Source: Verrucomicrobiota bacterium
Lineage (GTDB): Bacteria; Verrucomicrobiota; Verrucomicrobiia; Limisphaerales; CANJSG01
Assembly (NCBI GenBank): GCA_038203875.1
Contig: JBBRDN010000038.1
Location: forward strand, 1-25,864
Length of the DNA stretch: 25,864 nt
Reading direction: 5' to 3'
Positions within the stretch are counted from its first letter, which is position 1. The number at the start of each line of letters is the position of its first letter. Positions 1-8,203 of the stretch are shown here, in pieces. Under the pieces are notes generated by a model. It was given only the letters and a program-made list of their open reading frames with translations. It had not been told where the DNA came from and ran no database searches. The position numbers and the translations under genes were made by a program.

Positions 1-58
1 CGTGGGAAAGTCCAGCAGCCAGAACGATCGCAGTAACGGCGGAGAAAAGTGCTTTCAT
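1..58 (-). CDS. N-terminus of an exported or membrane protein (5' end only, runs off the left edge)
   Basis: A minus-strand ATG (plus-strand cat at 56-58) opens a frame that leaves the window: MKALFSAVTAIVLAAGLSH... This is Lys plus a hydrophobic stretch, like a signal peptide. Only 19 codons are visible. Confidence 0.3.
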   Translation of the reverse strand, partial: MKALFSAVTAIVLAAGLSH

Positions 59-155
59 AGGTTGAATTGTTGAAACGCTTCTACCGGCCTCTGACGACGA
101 CGCGCAACAAACATTCGGGGAAAGTGGCGGCACGACCACCGGATTAAGCCGGGAT

Positions 156-2846
156 CTACCCGCCGAAACACACCCGCCGATAGGCCAAGGCCATCTGGCC
201 CATCGAGAAGCGTTCGGCCACATGCTTCCGAGCGGCCTCACCAAATCGAGGCCAGCTTTCCGGTGCAGCGACGAGTTCCACCAGCGCCTCGGCGAAGGCC
301 GCGACGTCTCGTGCGGGAACCAACCGGCCCGTCACGCCGTCCAGAACCTGCTCGCTCGCCCCGCCCACATCCGTGGCCACGACCGGCAATCCGGCGGCGA
401 GCGCTTCGAGCGATGCATTTGGACAACCGGCTGGCTCGGAACTCATGAGAAAGAGATCTAGGCCATCGAGAAACTCGTCAGTGTCCGGAAGCTCTCCCAG
501 CCATCGGATTGGCAGTCCATCCGCCAAGCTCTGGAGTTTGCTAAAGTAGTCCTGGCACCCCGGCTCCACCCTTCCTGCTACGCGGAACTCGAAGTCCGGC
601 AATCGCGCCTTGGCCAGTTGCAGCGCGGCGATCACATCCTCCAACCGTTTCTGCGGATTAATCCGGGAAGCCGTCCCGAAAATCAGACGATCGCCGGAAC
701 GACGTCCCGGCGATCTCGGTTTCGGCATCGGCACGCCATTGGGAATCACTTCAACCGGTGCGCCCAACTGGGCCGCAAGGCCGACTTCGGCGGTGTATTT
801 CACCACCACACAACCCAACCGCCTCCCATAGTCGGTCGCTGTGAGATAAGGCATGCCCGGATGGGGGCTGGTGAAGAAGCGTTCCAACGACTGGAAAAAC
901 ATTTCACCGGGACTGACATCGATGATCCGTATCGTCCACAGCGCGTCGGCCAGCAGCATTTTGTAGATGGGAATGACGTTCCAGAAAACGACGGCGGCCG
1001 GCGGATCGGCATCGAGCGCCGCCAGGAGATCATCGACGAGCTGCTCTTCCGGCACACTGCCATGCGGCCCAAAAACCCGGACCTCCACACCGCTCTTACG
1101 CAAAGCCCGGGTGCCCGCCGTTGGATGTTCCGGAGGCTCTTGCAGGACAGCCGCACGGACGCGAACGCCGTCACCGGCCATCTGCCTGAACAGACGCCGC
1201 GCACTTGTCTGGGCTCCGCCCATGGAGAAGTTGTTCGTGACCAGCCAAAGGCCTTCTCCCGGCGATTTGGTTCCCGACAGAACCCGTCGGTATGAAGCCA
1301 GATACCGCTCGGTCATCCGCTCGGCGGTGAAGTGGCGGCAGACCCGCTCGCGGGCTCCGGAATGATCCGTCTCCGAAGCGGCGATCACGGCCTTGGCGAA
1401 GTTTTCCGCCGAAAATTCCAGCGGAAGAACCGTGACCGCCGGGTTGTCCGCAGCCACTTCGCGAGCGCCGGCCGTGGCGGTGCAGACCACGGGCCGGTTC
1501 ATCACCAACGCTTCCAGATGGGTCAGGCTGAGGCCTTCATGGGCGCTGGCGGAAACCACCACGTCACCTGCCGTCAGCAAGGCCGCGACGTCGTCCAACG
1601 CACCCGCCCAATGCACATGATCCTGAAGACCCAGCCTCGCGACCTCGGATTGAACGGCTTCTAAACTGGCCTGCGCTTCAGGAAGATTCCCGGAAGCCTG
1701 CCCGGCGAAAACCAGTCGCGCTTCTCGTGTCCCTCTGAGCTTGAGCCGCACCTCCGAGAGCACGGCCGGAAGCAGGTGCAGGCGTTTCTGCGGCCGCGGA
1801 TTGGCGATGGCGAGGAGGACCGGATCCGATTCGCCAAAGCCCCATCGCTCACGCCAGTTCCGACGGACCGCCCCACCCACTTTCTCCGGGTCCATCAAAT
1901 CCACATCGACACCGTTCCAGACCGTGCGGATGGGCACTTCCATGCCGACGCTCCTCAGCTCGGCTTCGACTTCCAGCGAACATGCGGCCAGCAGCGCCAC
2001 GCCGTCGCCGCGCGAGGTTTCCAGTCCGACGGGCCAGCCCGCGCGGGAGTTGTGGACGGACACGACGCAGGGAATTCCGGTCGCGACGAGCCGACGCACT
2101 TCGTCGGATTTGAAGAGATGCAGATGAAGCAGGTCGAAGCCCCCGGCCACCTCGAGCAACGTGTCGAAAGTTGAGCGTCGGCCGGCGGACAATTTTTCGA
2201 GGTCGAGCCATTCCTTCGGCTTCGGGAACGCGTCGCGTGTCGGCCGAAACGGCGCGGCCAGCCGGACGTTCACCCCGCGCCGCGCCAGCTCCGTCGTCAA
2301 CGAAAGCGCGATGCGCTCGGCGCCGCCGCGCTGGATGCTGGTGACCGCTTGGATCACGCGCAGTCGCGGATCGAAGGCGATCCGCAAGTCCGGCCAGGCC
2401 ACGAGGCGGATTCGTTCACGGCGTTCGAGGATTAGCTCCAGCAACGGCCGTTTGCTGCCACCCCCGCTGGCGAGTTCCTTAACCATCCGCGAATCGAGGA
2501 AGACCGCCTCGGGCAGCTCCGCCGTGGACCAAGCCGAAGTTTGCACGGCTCCATTCAGCCAAGCGGGCCAGTCCGAATTCACGCCGTGTTCCGGAACGAT
2601 CCCCACCGCGCAAACCCCAAGCCCCGTCGCGCTTGAAGGAGGAACCGGCACCAGCCCTGTTCCAAGAAACCATGTTCCGGCCTTAAGCAAAACGACCGGA
2701 GATTCCAATCCGGCTTGGGGCAGAAACGCATCGACTAGCGGCTCACTGATGACGACGCCTTCGAGCCCGCGCTGCCGGAGTGAGCGCAGGGTCCGCGTGA
2801 CGAGGTGCGCCGACTGACCGGGAGTTTGCCAGACGAAGATCTGCAC
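156..2846 (-). CDS. Large multidomain glycosyltransferase with two tandem GT4 (glycosyl transferase group 1) modules
   Basis: 896-aa ORF with a GTG start at 2846 and TAG at 156-158. Module 1 starts RVIQAVTSIQRGGAERIALSL and carries SAHEGLSLTHLEALVMNRPVV (E-x7-E type motif). Module 2 starts LWLVTNNFSMGGAQTSARRL and carries SSEPAGCPNASLEALAAGLPVVATDVGGASEQV. The first ~160 aa match no motif I recognise. Confidence 0.85.
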   Translation of the reverse strand: MQIFVWQTPGQSAHLVTRTLRSLRQRGLEGVVISEPLVDAFLPQAGLESPVVLLKAGTWFLGTGLVPVPPSSATGLGVCAVGIVPEHGVNSDWPAWLNGAVQTSAWSTAELPEAVFLDSRMVKELASGGGSKRPLLELILERRERIRLVAWPDLRIAFDPRLRVIQAVTSIQRGGAERIALSLTTELARRGVNVRLAAPFRPTRDAFPKPKEWLDLEKLSAGRRSTFDTLLEVAGGFDLLHLHLFKSDEVRRLVATGIPCVVSVHNSRAGWPVGLETSRGDGVALLAACSLEVEAELRSVGMEVPIRTVWNGVDVDLMDPEKVGGAVRRNWRERWGFGESDPVLLAIANPRPQKRLHLLPAVLSEVRLKLRGTREARLVFAGQASGNLPEAQASLEAVQSEVARLGLQDHVHWAGALDDVAALLTAGDVVVSASAHEGLSLTHLEALVMNRPVVCTATAGAREVAADNPAVTVLPLEFSAENFAKAVIAASETDHSGARERVCRHFTAERMTERYLASYRRVLSGTKSPGEGLWLVTNNFSMGGAQTSARRLFRQMAGDGVRVRAAVLQEPPEHPTAGTRALRKSGVEVRVFGPHGSVPEEQLVDDLLAALDADPPAAVVFWNVIPIYKMLLADALWTIRIIDVSPGEMFFQSLERFFTSPHPGMPYLTATDYGRRLGCVVVKYTAEVGLAAQLGAPVEVIPNGVPMPKPRSPGRRSGDRLIFGTASRINPQKRLEDVIAALQLAKARLPDFEFRVAGRVEPGCQDYFSKLQSLADGLPIRWLGELPDTDEFLDGLDLFLMSSEPAGCPNASLEALAAGLPVVATDVGGASEQVLDGVTGRLVPARDVAAFAEALVELVAAPESWPRFGEAARKHVAERFSMGQMALAYRRVCFGG

Positions 2847-2858
2847 GACCTGAGTTCT

Positions 2859-3377
2859 TCAGTAGGCGGGCGGCGCGGGCGGTTGGAAGGTGGACGAAGT
2901 CGGAGGCGGAGGCGGTGAATCGTCGTATTGATGGGTTCTCCGCCACGTTTCGGCGGTCAGCAGATCACGCGAGAAGGTGCTGCCCGAGTCACTCACGACC
3001 ACGTCCGGATCGATGCCCGATTCCGCCGGCGTCACATGGGTGATTTCCACATGGTCCGGCCTTTCTCCGGTAAAGACGAAGTGGCCGTCTGGTCCGGGCG
3101 CGAACTGCACCTGGCTGGTCCGGCCACCAGAGGCGACGAGGTAGCGGTAGCCGATGAACATGCCCGCGGCCACGGCGGCGCTGCGGAGCCAAAAGCCGTC
3201 GGGCGCCACAGTCACCCGCACCGTCGAAACAAGGTCCGCCCGCGACGAGGTGAACAGCTGTGCGGCACCGCCGCCCGCCGTGGCGTTTCGTCGTCGCGAC
3301 GCGATGAGGACGACGACAACGATTATGAAAACGGCGGCAACGGCGACCACCAGGAGTATCGGAGCAAATGGCATCAT
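2859..3377 (-). CDS. Single-pass membrane protein with proline-rich C-terminal tail (hypothetical)
   Basis: The ORF track gives 2859..3446, but that overlaps the upstream gene. An internal ATGATG at 3377/3374 lies 25 nt after the upstream stop and gives MMPFAPILLVVAVAAVFIIVVVVLIASRRR (TM helix plus positive patch). The C-terminus is DDSPPPPPTSSTFQPPAPPAY. GC3-rich codon usage is consistent with coding. Confidence 0.6.
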   Translation of the reverse strand: MMPFAPILLVVAVAAVFIIVVVVLIASRRRNATAGGGAAQLFTSSRADLVSTVRVTVAPDGFWLRSAAVAAGMFIGYRYLVASGGRTSQVQFAPGPDGHFVFTGERPDHVEITHVTPAESGIDPDVVVSDSGSTFSRDLLTAETWRRTHQYDDSPPPPPTSSTFQPPAPPAY

Positions 3378-3402
3378 GTTGTCGAATGCGATGGCGTTGG
3401 TT

Positions 3403-4296
3403 TCACTTCGGGAGCTCCACGACGAGGCGGAATCCGTTGTCGGCATTGCGGGCCGAAGGGCTGTTCCGATACCGGGCCGCCGACCGGCAGAACTTCGCGT
3501 CTCTCAACCACGATCCGCCACGCAGCACTCGGCGCGGAGTGTCGACGGCGGAAGCGGGTCCGGCCGGATCGACTACGGCCGTCGAGGCGTTAGGAGCGTG
3601 CCAGTCTGAACACCATTCAAAGACGTTGCCGGCCATGTCATGCAGACCCCAAAAGTTCGCGCGCTTTCCTCCGACGGGATGCGTCGAGCCGCCCGAGTTG
3701 CCGAGGTGCCAGGCGATTTCGTCCGCTGTTCCCGATTGGAACGCACCGGTGCTTCCCGAACGGCACGCGAACTCCCATTCCGCTTCCGACGGAAGACGGC
3801 AGACGCGACCGGCCTTGCGCGAGACCCAGGAACAGAAAGCGCGTGCATCATCGAATGTCACCATCACGACGGGATGCGTCGCAATCTGCGGGAATCCGGG
3901 ATTCCGCCACGTGAACTCCTTCCGCTGGACGAGTTCCTTGCCGTTCCAACCGAAGCCGCCCGAAGGACCACGCTCGGCCTCGGTGCGGTAACCGGTGTCG
4001 CGGGTGAAAGCCTCGAACTGCCCGACAGTGACGGATTCGCGGCCGATGAAGTAGTCGCGGGTCAATCGCGCCCGATGCTGGAGCTCATCGGGATTTCGGC
4101 CGGGTTCGTTGGTTGGAGAGCCCATCATGAATTCCCCCGCGGTGATCCGGACTAGTTCGACCGCCTGGCCATTCGTCAGCGATATCGACAGTCCGGGAGC
4201 CGCCGCGAGCAGACCGTTCGTTCCCCAGAAACAGGCGACAGAAAGCAGGAGGGCGGTCAGCTGTCGACGGCCTTGGACTAGGGGCCACGAATTCAT
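3403..4296 (-). CDS. Exported FGE-sulfatase (SUMF1/EgtB/PvdO) domain protein
   Basis: N-terminal signal-like segment MNSWPLVQGRRQLTALLLSVACFWGTNGLLAAAPG. Family motifs present: HPVVMVTFDDARAFCSW, RLPSEAEWEFACRSG, GNVFEWCSDW, VLRGGSW, NGFRLV. The CxxxxC catalytic pair of true formylglycine-generating enzymes is not visible after RGGSW. Confidence 0.85.
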   Translation of the reverse strand: MNSWPLVQGRRQLTALLLSVACFWGTNGLLAAAPGLSISLTNGQAVELVRITAGEFMMGSPTNEPGRNPDELQHRARLTRDYFIGRESVTVGQFEAFTRDTGYRTEAERGPSGGFGWNGKELVQRKEFTWRNPGFPQIATHPVVMVTFDDARAFCSWVSRKAGRVCRLPSEAEWEFACRSGSTGAFQSGTADEIAWHLGNSGGSTHPVGGKRANFWGLHDMAGNVFEWCSDWHAPNASTAVVDPAGPASAVDTPRRVLRGGSWLRDAKFCRSAARYRNSPSARNADNGFRLVVELPK

Positions 4297-4411
4297 CGGC
4301 CGAGTAGAAGGAAGCGCCGCGGGTTTGCCAACCAGTTCCAGCGGCGAAGCGCCAAGCGCCGGTGTTGTCGAACAAAGGCTCCCGGCTTAGCGTCCCTCCA
4401 GTCTCAAGCCT

Positions 4412-4681
4412 ATGACCCGTCACCAAGTCCTCGACCTCTACTTCATGGACGCCCGCTGCAAGCTCATCGAGCTGGCCGCCTTCCTCGACCGCGTCGACCG
4501 TGGCACGGGCGACGCCGACTTCCGTCTCGCGGCCTTCCGCGACGCGATGAAGCACCTCGCGGACGGCGAACCAAAGCGTGCCGAAGCCGTCCTGCTCTCA
4601 CTGAGCGACCCCACCCAAGAACCCATCGCCAAGGCGCCGGGCAAAGGCGCGGTCGGCGCGTGGCCTGGTAACCAATCCTGA
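4412..4681 (+). CDS. Small hypothetical protein (89 aa)
   Basis: ATG-initiated ORF with a natural-looking helical sequence (MTRHQVLDLYFMDARCKLIELAAFLDRVDRG...). It ends 14 nt before the next gene on the same strand. I recognise no domain. Confidence 0.5.
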   Translation: MTRHQVLDLYFMDARCKLIELAAFLDRVDRGTGDADFRLAAFRDAMKHLADGEPKRAEAVLLSLSDPTQEPIAKAPGKGAVGAWPGNQS

Positions 4682-4695
4682 CTCAACCACGGCCC

Positions 4696-5178
4696 ATGCC
4701 CGCCTCAGCCAAACCCGGAACAAAGGCCGTCAGCGTGCGGTTGATTTGCGAAGCTCTGCCTCCAGATCGTTTCGAGGGCTTCGACGGTCGCCACGATGTC
4801 AGGGCCTACTTGCAGACGAAAGACGGCCATGAGCCGGGGCAACCTTCGGGGAAAACGGCGCTGCATTGGCTCACGGAAATCACCGTTAAATCCGACGCGA
4901 AGGGAAACCCCGACTTTTCTGGAACAACCGTCCAAGGCAAGCGGGCCGAGCGGTTCTTTTACCTGAGCTGGTCCAGCGAACTGGGCAGCCAGCGTGCAAT
5001 GTTTCGCCGGATGAAGATTCACCTGCGTTCCGTGACCGAGGCGCAGGTCGCGCAAGGCGTCAAATCCGGCGGAGCCTTGGTCGCCCGCGTCCATGCCGTG
5101 GCCAAGGATGGTGGGCCGGCGTGCGCCTCGGTGCCCCTGCTGGGCGGCGCGTGGAATGTCGAGTCGCAGCCAACGTAA
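4696..5178 (+). CDS. Uncharacterised protein, DUF5990-like
   Basis: 160-aa ORF. The central segment DFSGTTVQGKRAERFFYLSWS....AMFRRMKIHL resembles my recollection of the DUF5990 family (G-P-x-VQG...RF-YL-W...MFRR-K-L). This needs an HMM check. Confidence 0.55.
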   Translation: MPASAKPGTKAVSVRLICEALPPDRFEGFDGRHDVRAYLQTKDGHEPGQPSGKTALHWLTEITVKSDAKGNPDFSGTTVQGKRAERFFYLSWSSELGSQRAMFRRMKIHLRSVTEAQVAQGVKSGGALVARVHAVAKDGGPACASVPLLGGAWNVESQPT

Positions 5179-5205
5179 TCTGCAGCACCCGACCCTCGCC
5201 GCCGG

Positions 5206-5526
5206 TTATTTGGTTCGTCGATCCCCGATCGAGGTCTTGCGCCCTTCGATCGCGTAATAGAGCAGGTGGGTCGCGCCGATGCCGACGGGGATCGCGGCGA
5301 ATTCCGAGGAGAAGAGATTCCAGGAGAAGAATAGCATTCCAAGACCAATGCCCAACCAGACGAGACCGGGCTTCAATCTGGTGCCCGGGCGCTGGAACTG
5401 ACCCGGGCCATGCGTTGGGCGACGGTGGCGGTGTCGGGCTGTCTGGGTGCCGTTTTCTTGGTGCGCCGAACGATCTCGGAGATGCTTGGGTTGGGTCGTT
5501 GGTTTCACTGAACGCCTGCGGATCAT
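5206..5526 (-). CDS. Small membrane protein (hypothetical)
   Basis: The ATG at 5526 is preferred over the GTG at 5556. It has an Arg/His-rich N-terminus followed by two hydrophobic helices (PGLVWLGIGLGMLFFSWNLF and FAAIPVGIGATHLLYYAI). Third-codon positions are GC-biased. No recognisable family. Confidence 0.4.
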   Translation of the reverse strand: MIRRRSVKPTTQPKHLRDRSAHQENGTQTARHRHRRPTHGPGQFQRPGTRLKPGLVWLGIGLGMLFFSWNLFSSEFAAIPVGIGATHLLYYAIEGRKTSIGDRRTK

Positions 5527-5592
5527 GGGGCCGTATGATCCGCTGAATCCCGGCACTACCGCTCCCGTCGGTGTTCCGCTACGCTAGATCTC

Positions 5593-6402
5593 ATGCGCTA
5601 CATCGAACCCCATGGCCACATGGTCAGCCGGACGACCGATGACTATCAGGACATGGTCACGGCCGGCTGCGCGGCCGTGTGCGAACCCGCCTTCTGGGCG
5701 GGCTACGACCGTTCGTCGGTGGACGGCTTCCGCGACTACTTCCGCCAGCTCACGGAATACGAACCCGCCCGCGCCGCGAAGTATGGCCTGCCCCACTTCT
5801 GCTGGCTCTGCATCAATCCCAAGGAGTCGGAGGACGTGTCCCTGGCCAAGGACGTCATCGGTATCATCCCCGAGTTTCTCGGCCGGCCCGGAGTTTTGGG
5901 CATTGGCGAGATCGGCTTGAACAAGAATTCGCGCAACGAGATGCAGGTTCTCGAAATGCACGTCGACCTCGCGGCCCGGCATGACCAGCTCATCCTCGTC
6001 CACACGCCGCATCTGGAGGACAAATTGAAGGGCACGAAGCTGATTCTCGACGTGTTGAAGAACGATCCGCGCATCAAGCCCGAGCGCGTGCTCATCGACC
6101 ATGTGGAGGAACACACGGTCAAAGTCGTCATGGACCATGGCCATTGGGCGGGCATGACGCTCTACCCGATCAGCAAATGCACCCCGGCCCGGGCGGTGGA
6201 TATCCTCGACGTCTACGGCAGCGACCGCCTCTGGATGAACTCGGCGTGCGACTGGGGCGAAAGCGTGCCGCTGGCCATCCCGCGGACCGCGTTGGAAATG
6301 CGTCGCCGAGGCTGGACCGCCGAGGCCGTGGACAAGGTGATCTACCAAAACCCGATCCGGTTCCTCAGCCAGAGCCCGAAGTTCACGCTGGCGAAAAGCT
6401 GA
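5593..6402 (+). CDS. TatD-family metal-dependent hydrolase (amidohydrolase superfamily)
   Basis: 269 aa with an N-terminal HxH-type motif (MRYIEPHGHM). Also GIGEIGLN, LILVHTPH and LIDHVEEH, typical of the TatD-related hydrolase fold. Confidence 0.8.
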   Translation: MRYIEPHGHMVSRTTDDYQDMVTAGCAAVCEPAFWAGYDRSSVDGFRDYFRQLTEYEPARAAKYGLPHFCWLCINPKESEDVSLAKDVIGIIPEFLGRPGVLGIGEIGLNKNSRNEMQVLEMHVDLAARHDQLILVHTPHLEDKLKGTKLILDVLKNDPRIKPERVLIDHVEEHTVKVVMDHGHWAGMTLYPISKCTPARAVDILDVYGSDRLWMNSACDWGESVPLAIPRTALEMRRRGWTAEAVDKVIYQNPIRFLSQSPKFTLAKS

Positions 6403-6423
6403 GCACGCGCGTCGTCTAGCGGC

Positions 6424-6876
6424 ATGAGCGAGACCACCGAAGAAACCATCTGGAAGGGAACTCCGTCCGCCGCGCTGGATTTCTGGCTGAACTTGGGCTG
6501 CATCCTGATCCTGCCGATCCCTTGGGCTCTCGCCCGTTGGATCCAGCGGAAGAACACCTTGATCGAGATCACGACGGAGCGGCTGCGGACCACGACGGGG
6601 GTCATGTCGAAAAAGGTCGAGGAGACGGAACTCTACCGGGTTCGGGATACGACCTTCCTGCAGCCTTTCATGTTGCGACTCTTCGGTGTTGGGAATCTCC
6701 AACTGAGCACCGACGACGCGACGACGCCGAGCCTGCTTCTTTCCGGCATCCCGGCGGATCAATCGTTGCGCGACAAACTGCGCAAGGCCGTCGAAACCTG
6801 CCGTGACCGGAAACGCACAAGGGTCTCGGAACTTGGCGGAGCGGTGGACGCCGATGGAGACGCACCGCGCCACTGA
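6424..6876 (+). CDS. Membrane-anchored bacterial PH domain (bPH_2 / YdbS-YdbT-like) protein
   Basis: 150 aa. It has a hydrophobic hairpin (LDFWLNLGCILILPIPWALARWI) followed by ITTERLRTTTGVMSKKVEETELYRVRDTTFLQPFMLRLFGVGNL, the usual bPH_2 pattern. It starts 21 nt after the TatD-like gene, so they probably share an operon. Confidence 0.75.
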   Translation: MSETTEETIWKGTPSAALDFWLNLGCILILPIPWALARWIQRKNTLIEITTERLRTTTGVMSKKVEETELYRVRDTTFLQPFMLRLFGVGNLQLSTDDATTPSLLLSGIPADQSLRDKLRKAVETCRDRKRTRVSELGGAVDADGDAPRH

Positions 6877-7204
6877 AAGACCCATTTGGACGGATCCTGT
6901 CATCGCCAAATGGACGCGGAAGGACCCCGCCCCAGACGTCGTGCCCGAGACAGGACCCCATCGTTGACGCCTGCCACGGCCGCCTCCTCGGAGTTCTGAA
7001 CCAATTCCGCCGCTCACCGGAATCCAAGGCGTTCCGGCTGCGCAATTCCTGCACTGTGGAAGGCATTTCCATGCACTTCTTCAATTTTATCTGCGGGATG
7101 AACGAAGATAAGTAGGTTCGTGCTGCCGGGTTCCACTTCGGCGCACAGAATTCGTAACGGCCTTCGCCACGGGGTGTCTTCTCGACCGAGTGACAACCGC
7201 GAAA

Positions 7205-8119
7205 ATGAATTTGATCGATGTCCGGTCCGGAAAAAACGTGGTTCGTCCGAAGGAGAACCACGTGGTGTCCAGCTCCGGGGGCAATTGGGAAGGGATTCAG
7301 CTTGAGGAAATGCGCCATGACGGATGGAAGGGTGCCGACGTCGTTCTCGAGTCCCATGTGATCTCCCTGACGCTCGGCGAGCCCATCACACTGAATTGGC
7401 GCGTCGGAGGCCGGAACCAGCCCGGGACCGCGATGCCCGGCCATGTCTCCTTCATCCCCGCAGGAGTCCCCTTCTCGTCGTCGTTCGACTGCCCGGCCTG
7501 GTATATCAACGTTTGGCTGAGCCCCCAGTTCGTCGCCCAGGCGCTCGGATCCGCCGGACTGGGCCTTGTGGAATCTCTCGTGCCCCGTTGCTGCTTCAAG
7601 GATGAGACCATCGCGGCGCTCATCAAATCGCTGCACGCCGAAGCGCAGCTCCAGGATTCCGGAAACCCCGGACGAGCGGCACTCCTCGGAGCCCGGTTGG
7701 CCGCTCAACTCGTTCGTTGCGCCACAGCCGGCGACCCGACCGATCGGTTTGATCCGCGCCCGCTTTCGCTCGTCAAGTTGCGCCGGGTAGTAGAATTCAT
7801 CCAACACCGACTCGAGGAGCCGGTGTCCCTGGGCGAAATGGCCGCCGTGGCCGGACTAAGCGCATGGCATTTCGCCCGCGCCTTCAAGCTCGCGACCGGG
7901 ACGTCGCCCCATTCGTTCCTGCTCCGCCGCAGACTGGTGAAGGCCGACACCATGCTCCGGCAAACCGACGAGGCCGTTTGCGATGTCGCGACAAAATCCG
8001 GGTTCTGCGACCAGAGCCACCTTTCGATGCACTTCCGCCGCGCCACCGGGATGACACCGGCACGCTGGCGGAAGTCGTTCGTGTCAACGCCCAGCCTGGA
8101 AATCTCCGCTGCGGCATAG
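7205..8119 (+). CDS. AraC/XylS-family transcriptional regulator
   Basis: C-terminal double HTH: SLGEMAAVAGLSAWHFARAFKLATGTSPHSFLLRRRL and VCDVATKSGFCDQSHLSMHFRRATGMTPARWR. The N-terminal half is cupin/AraC-binding-like. The ORF track starts at GTG 7190; I prefer ATG 7205 (MNLIDV...). Confidence 0.85.
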   Translation: MNLIDVRSGKNVVRPKENHVVSSSGGNWEGIQLEEMRHDGWKGADVVLESHVISLTLGEPITLNWRVGGRNQPGTAMPGHVSFIPAGVPFSSSFDCPAWYINVWLSPQFVAQALGSAGLGLVESLVPRCCFKDETIAALIKSLHAEAQLQDSGNPGRAALLGARLAAQLVRCATAGDPTDRFDPRPLSLVKLRRVVEFIQHRLEEPVSLGEMAAVAGLSAWHFARAFKLATGTSPHSFLLRRRLVKADTMLRQTDEAVCDVATKSGFCDQSHLSMHFRRATGMTPARWRKSFVSTPSLEISAAA

Positions 8120-8203
8120 CCACCGCGAACTCGGCACGCCGGCGCCATTAAGCCGATGCGGCCGCTTGCCGCCGCCCCGGGCCGGGACTAGCCTCGCGCC
8201 ATT

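Noticed and set aside
5584-7017. 477-aa minus-strand ORF spanning the TatD-like and PH-domain genes
   Set aside because: It is antisense to two plus-strand genes with clear family motifs. Its translation is Arg/Gly/Ala/His-rich, lacks any recognisable domain and is typical of shadow ORFs in GC-rich DNA.
6877-7204. Relatively AT-richer ~330-bp gap before the AraC gene, examined for a tRNA, small RNA or small ORF
   Set aside because: No cloverleaf-compatible stems or conserved tRNA boxes were seen. The 60-65-aa ORFs there are low-complexity. It is most simply the AraC promoter region.
6668-7807. 379-aa minus-strand ORF across the PH-domain/AraC intergenic region
   Set aside because: It overlaps two well-supported plus-strand genes in antisense and its sequence is low-complexity.
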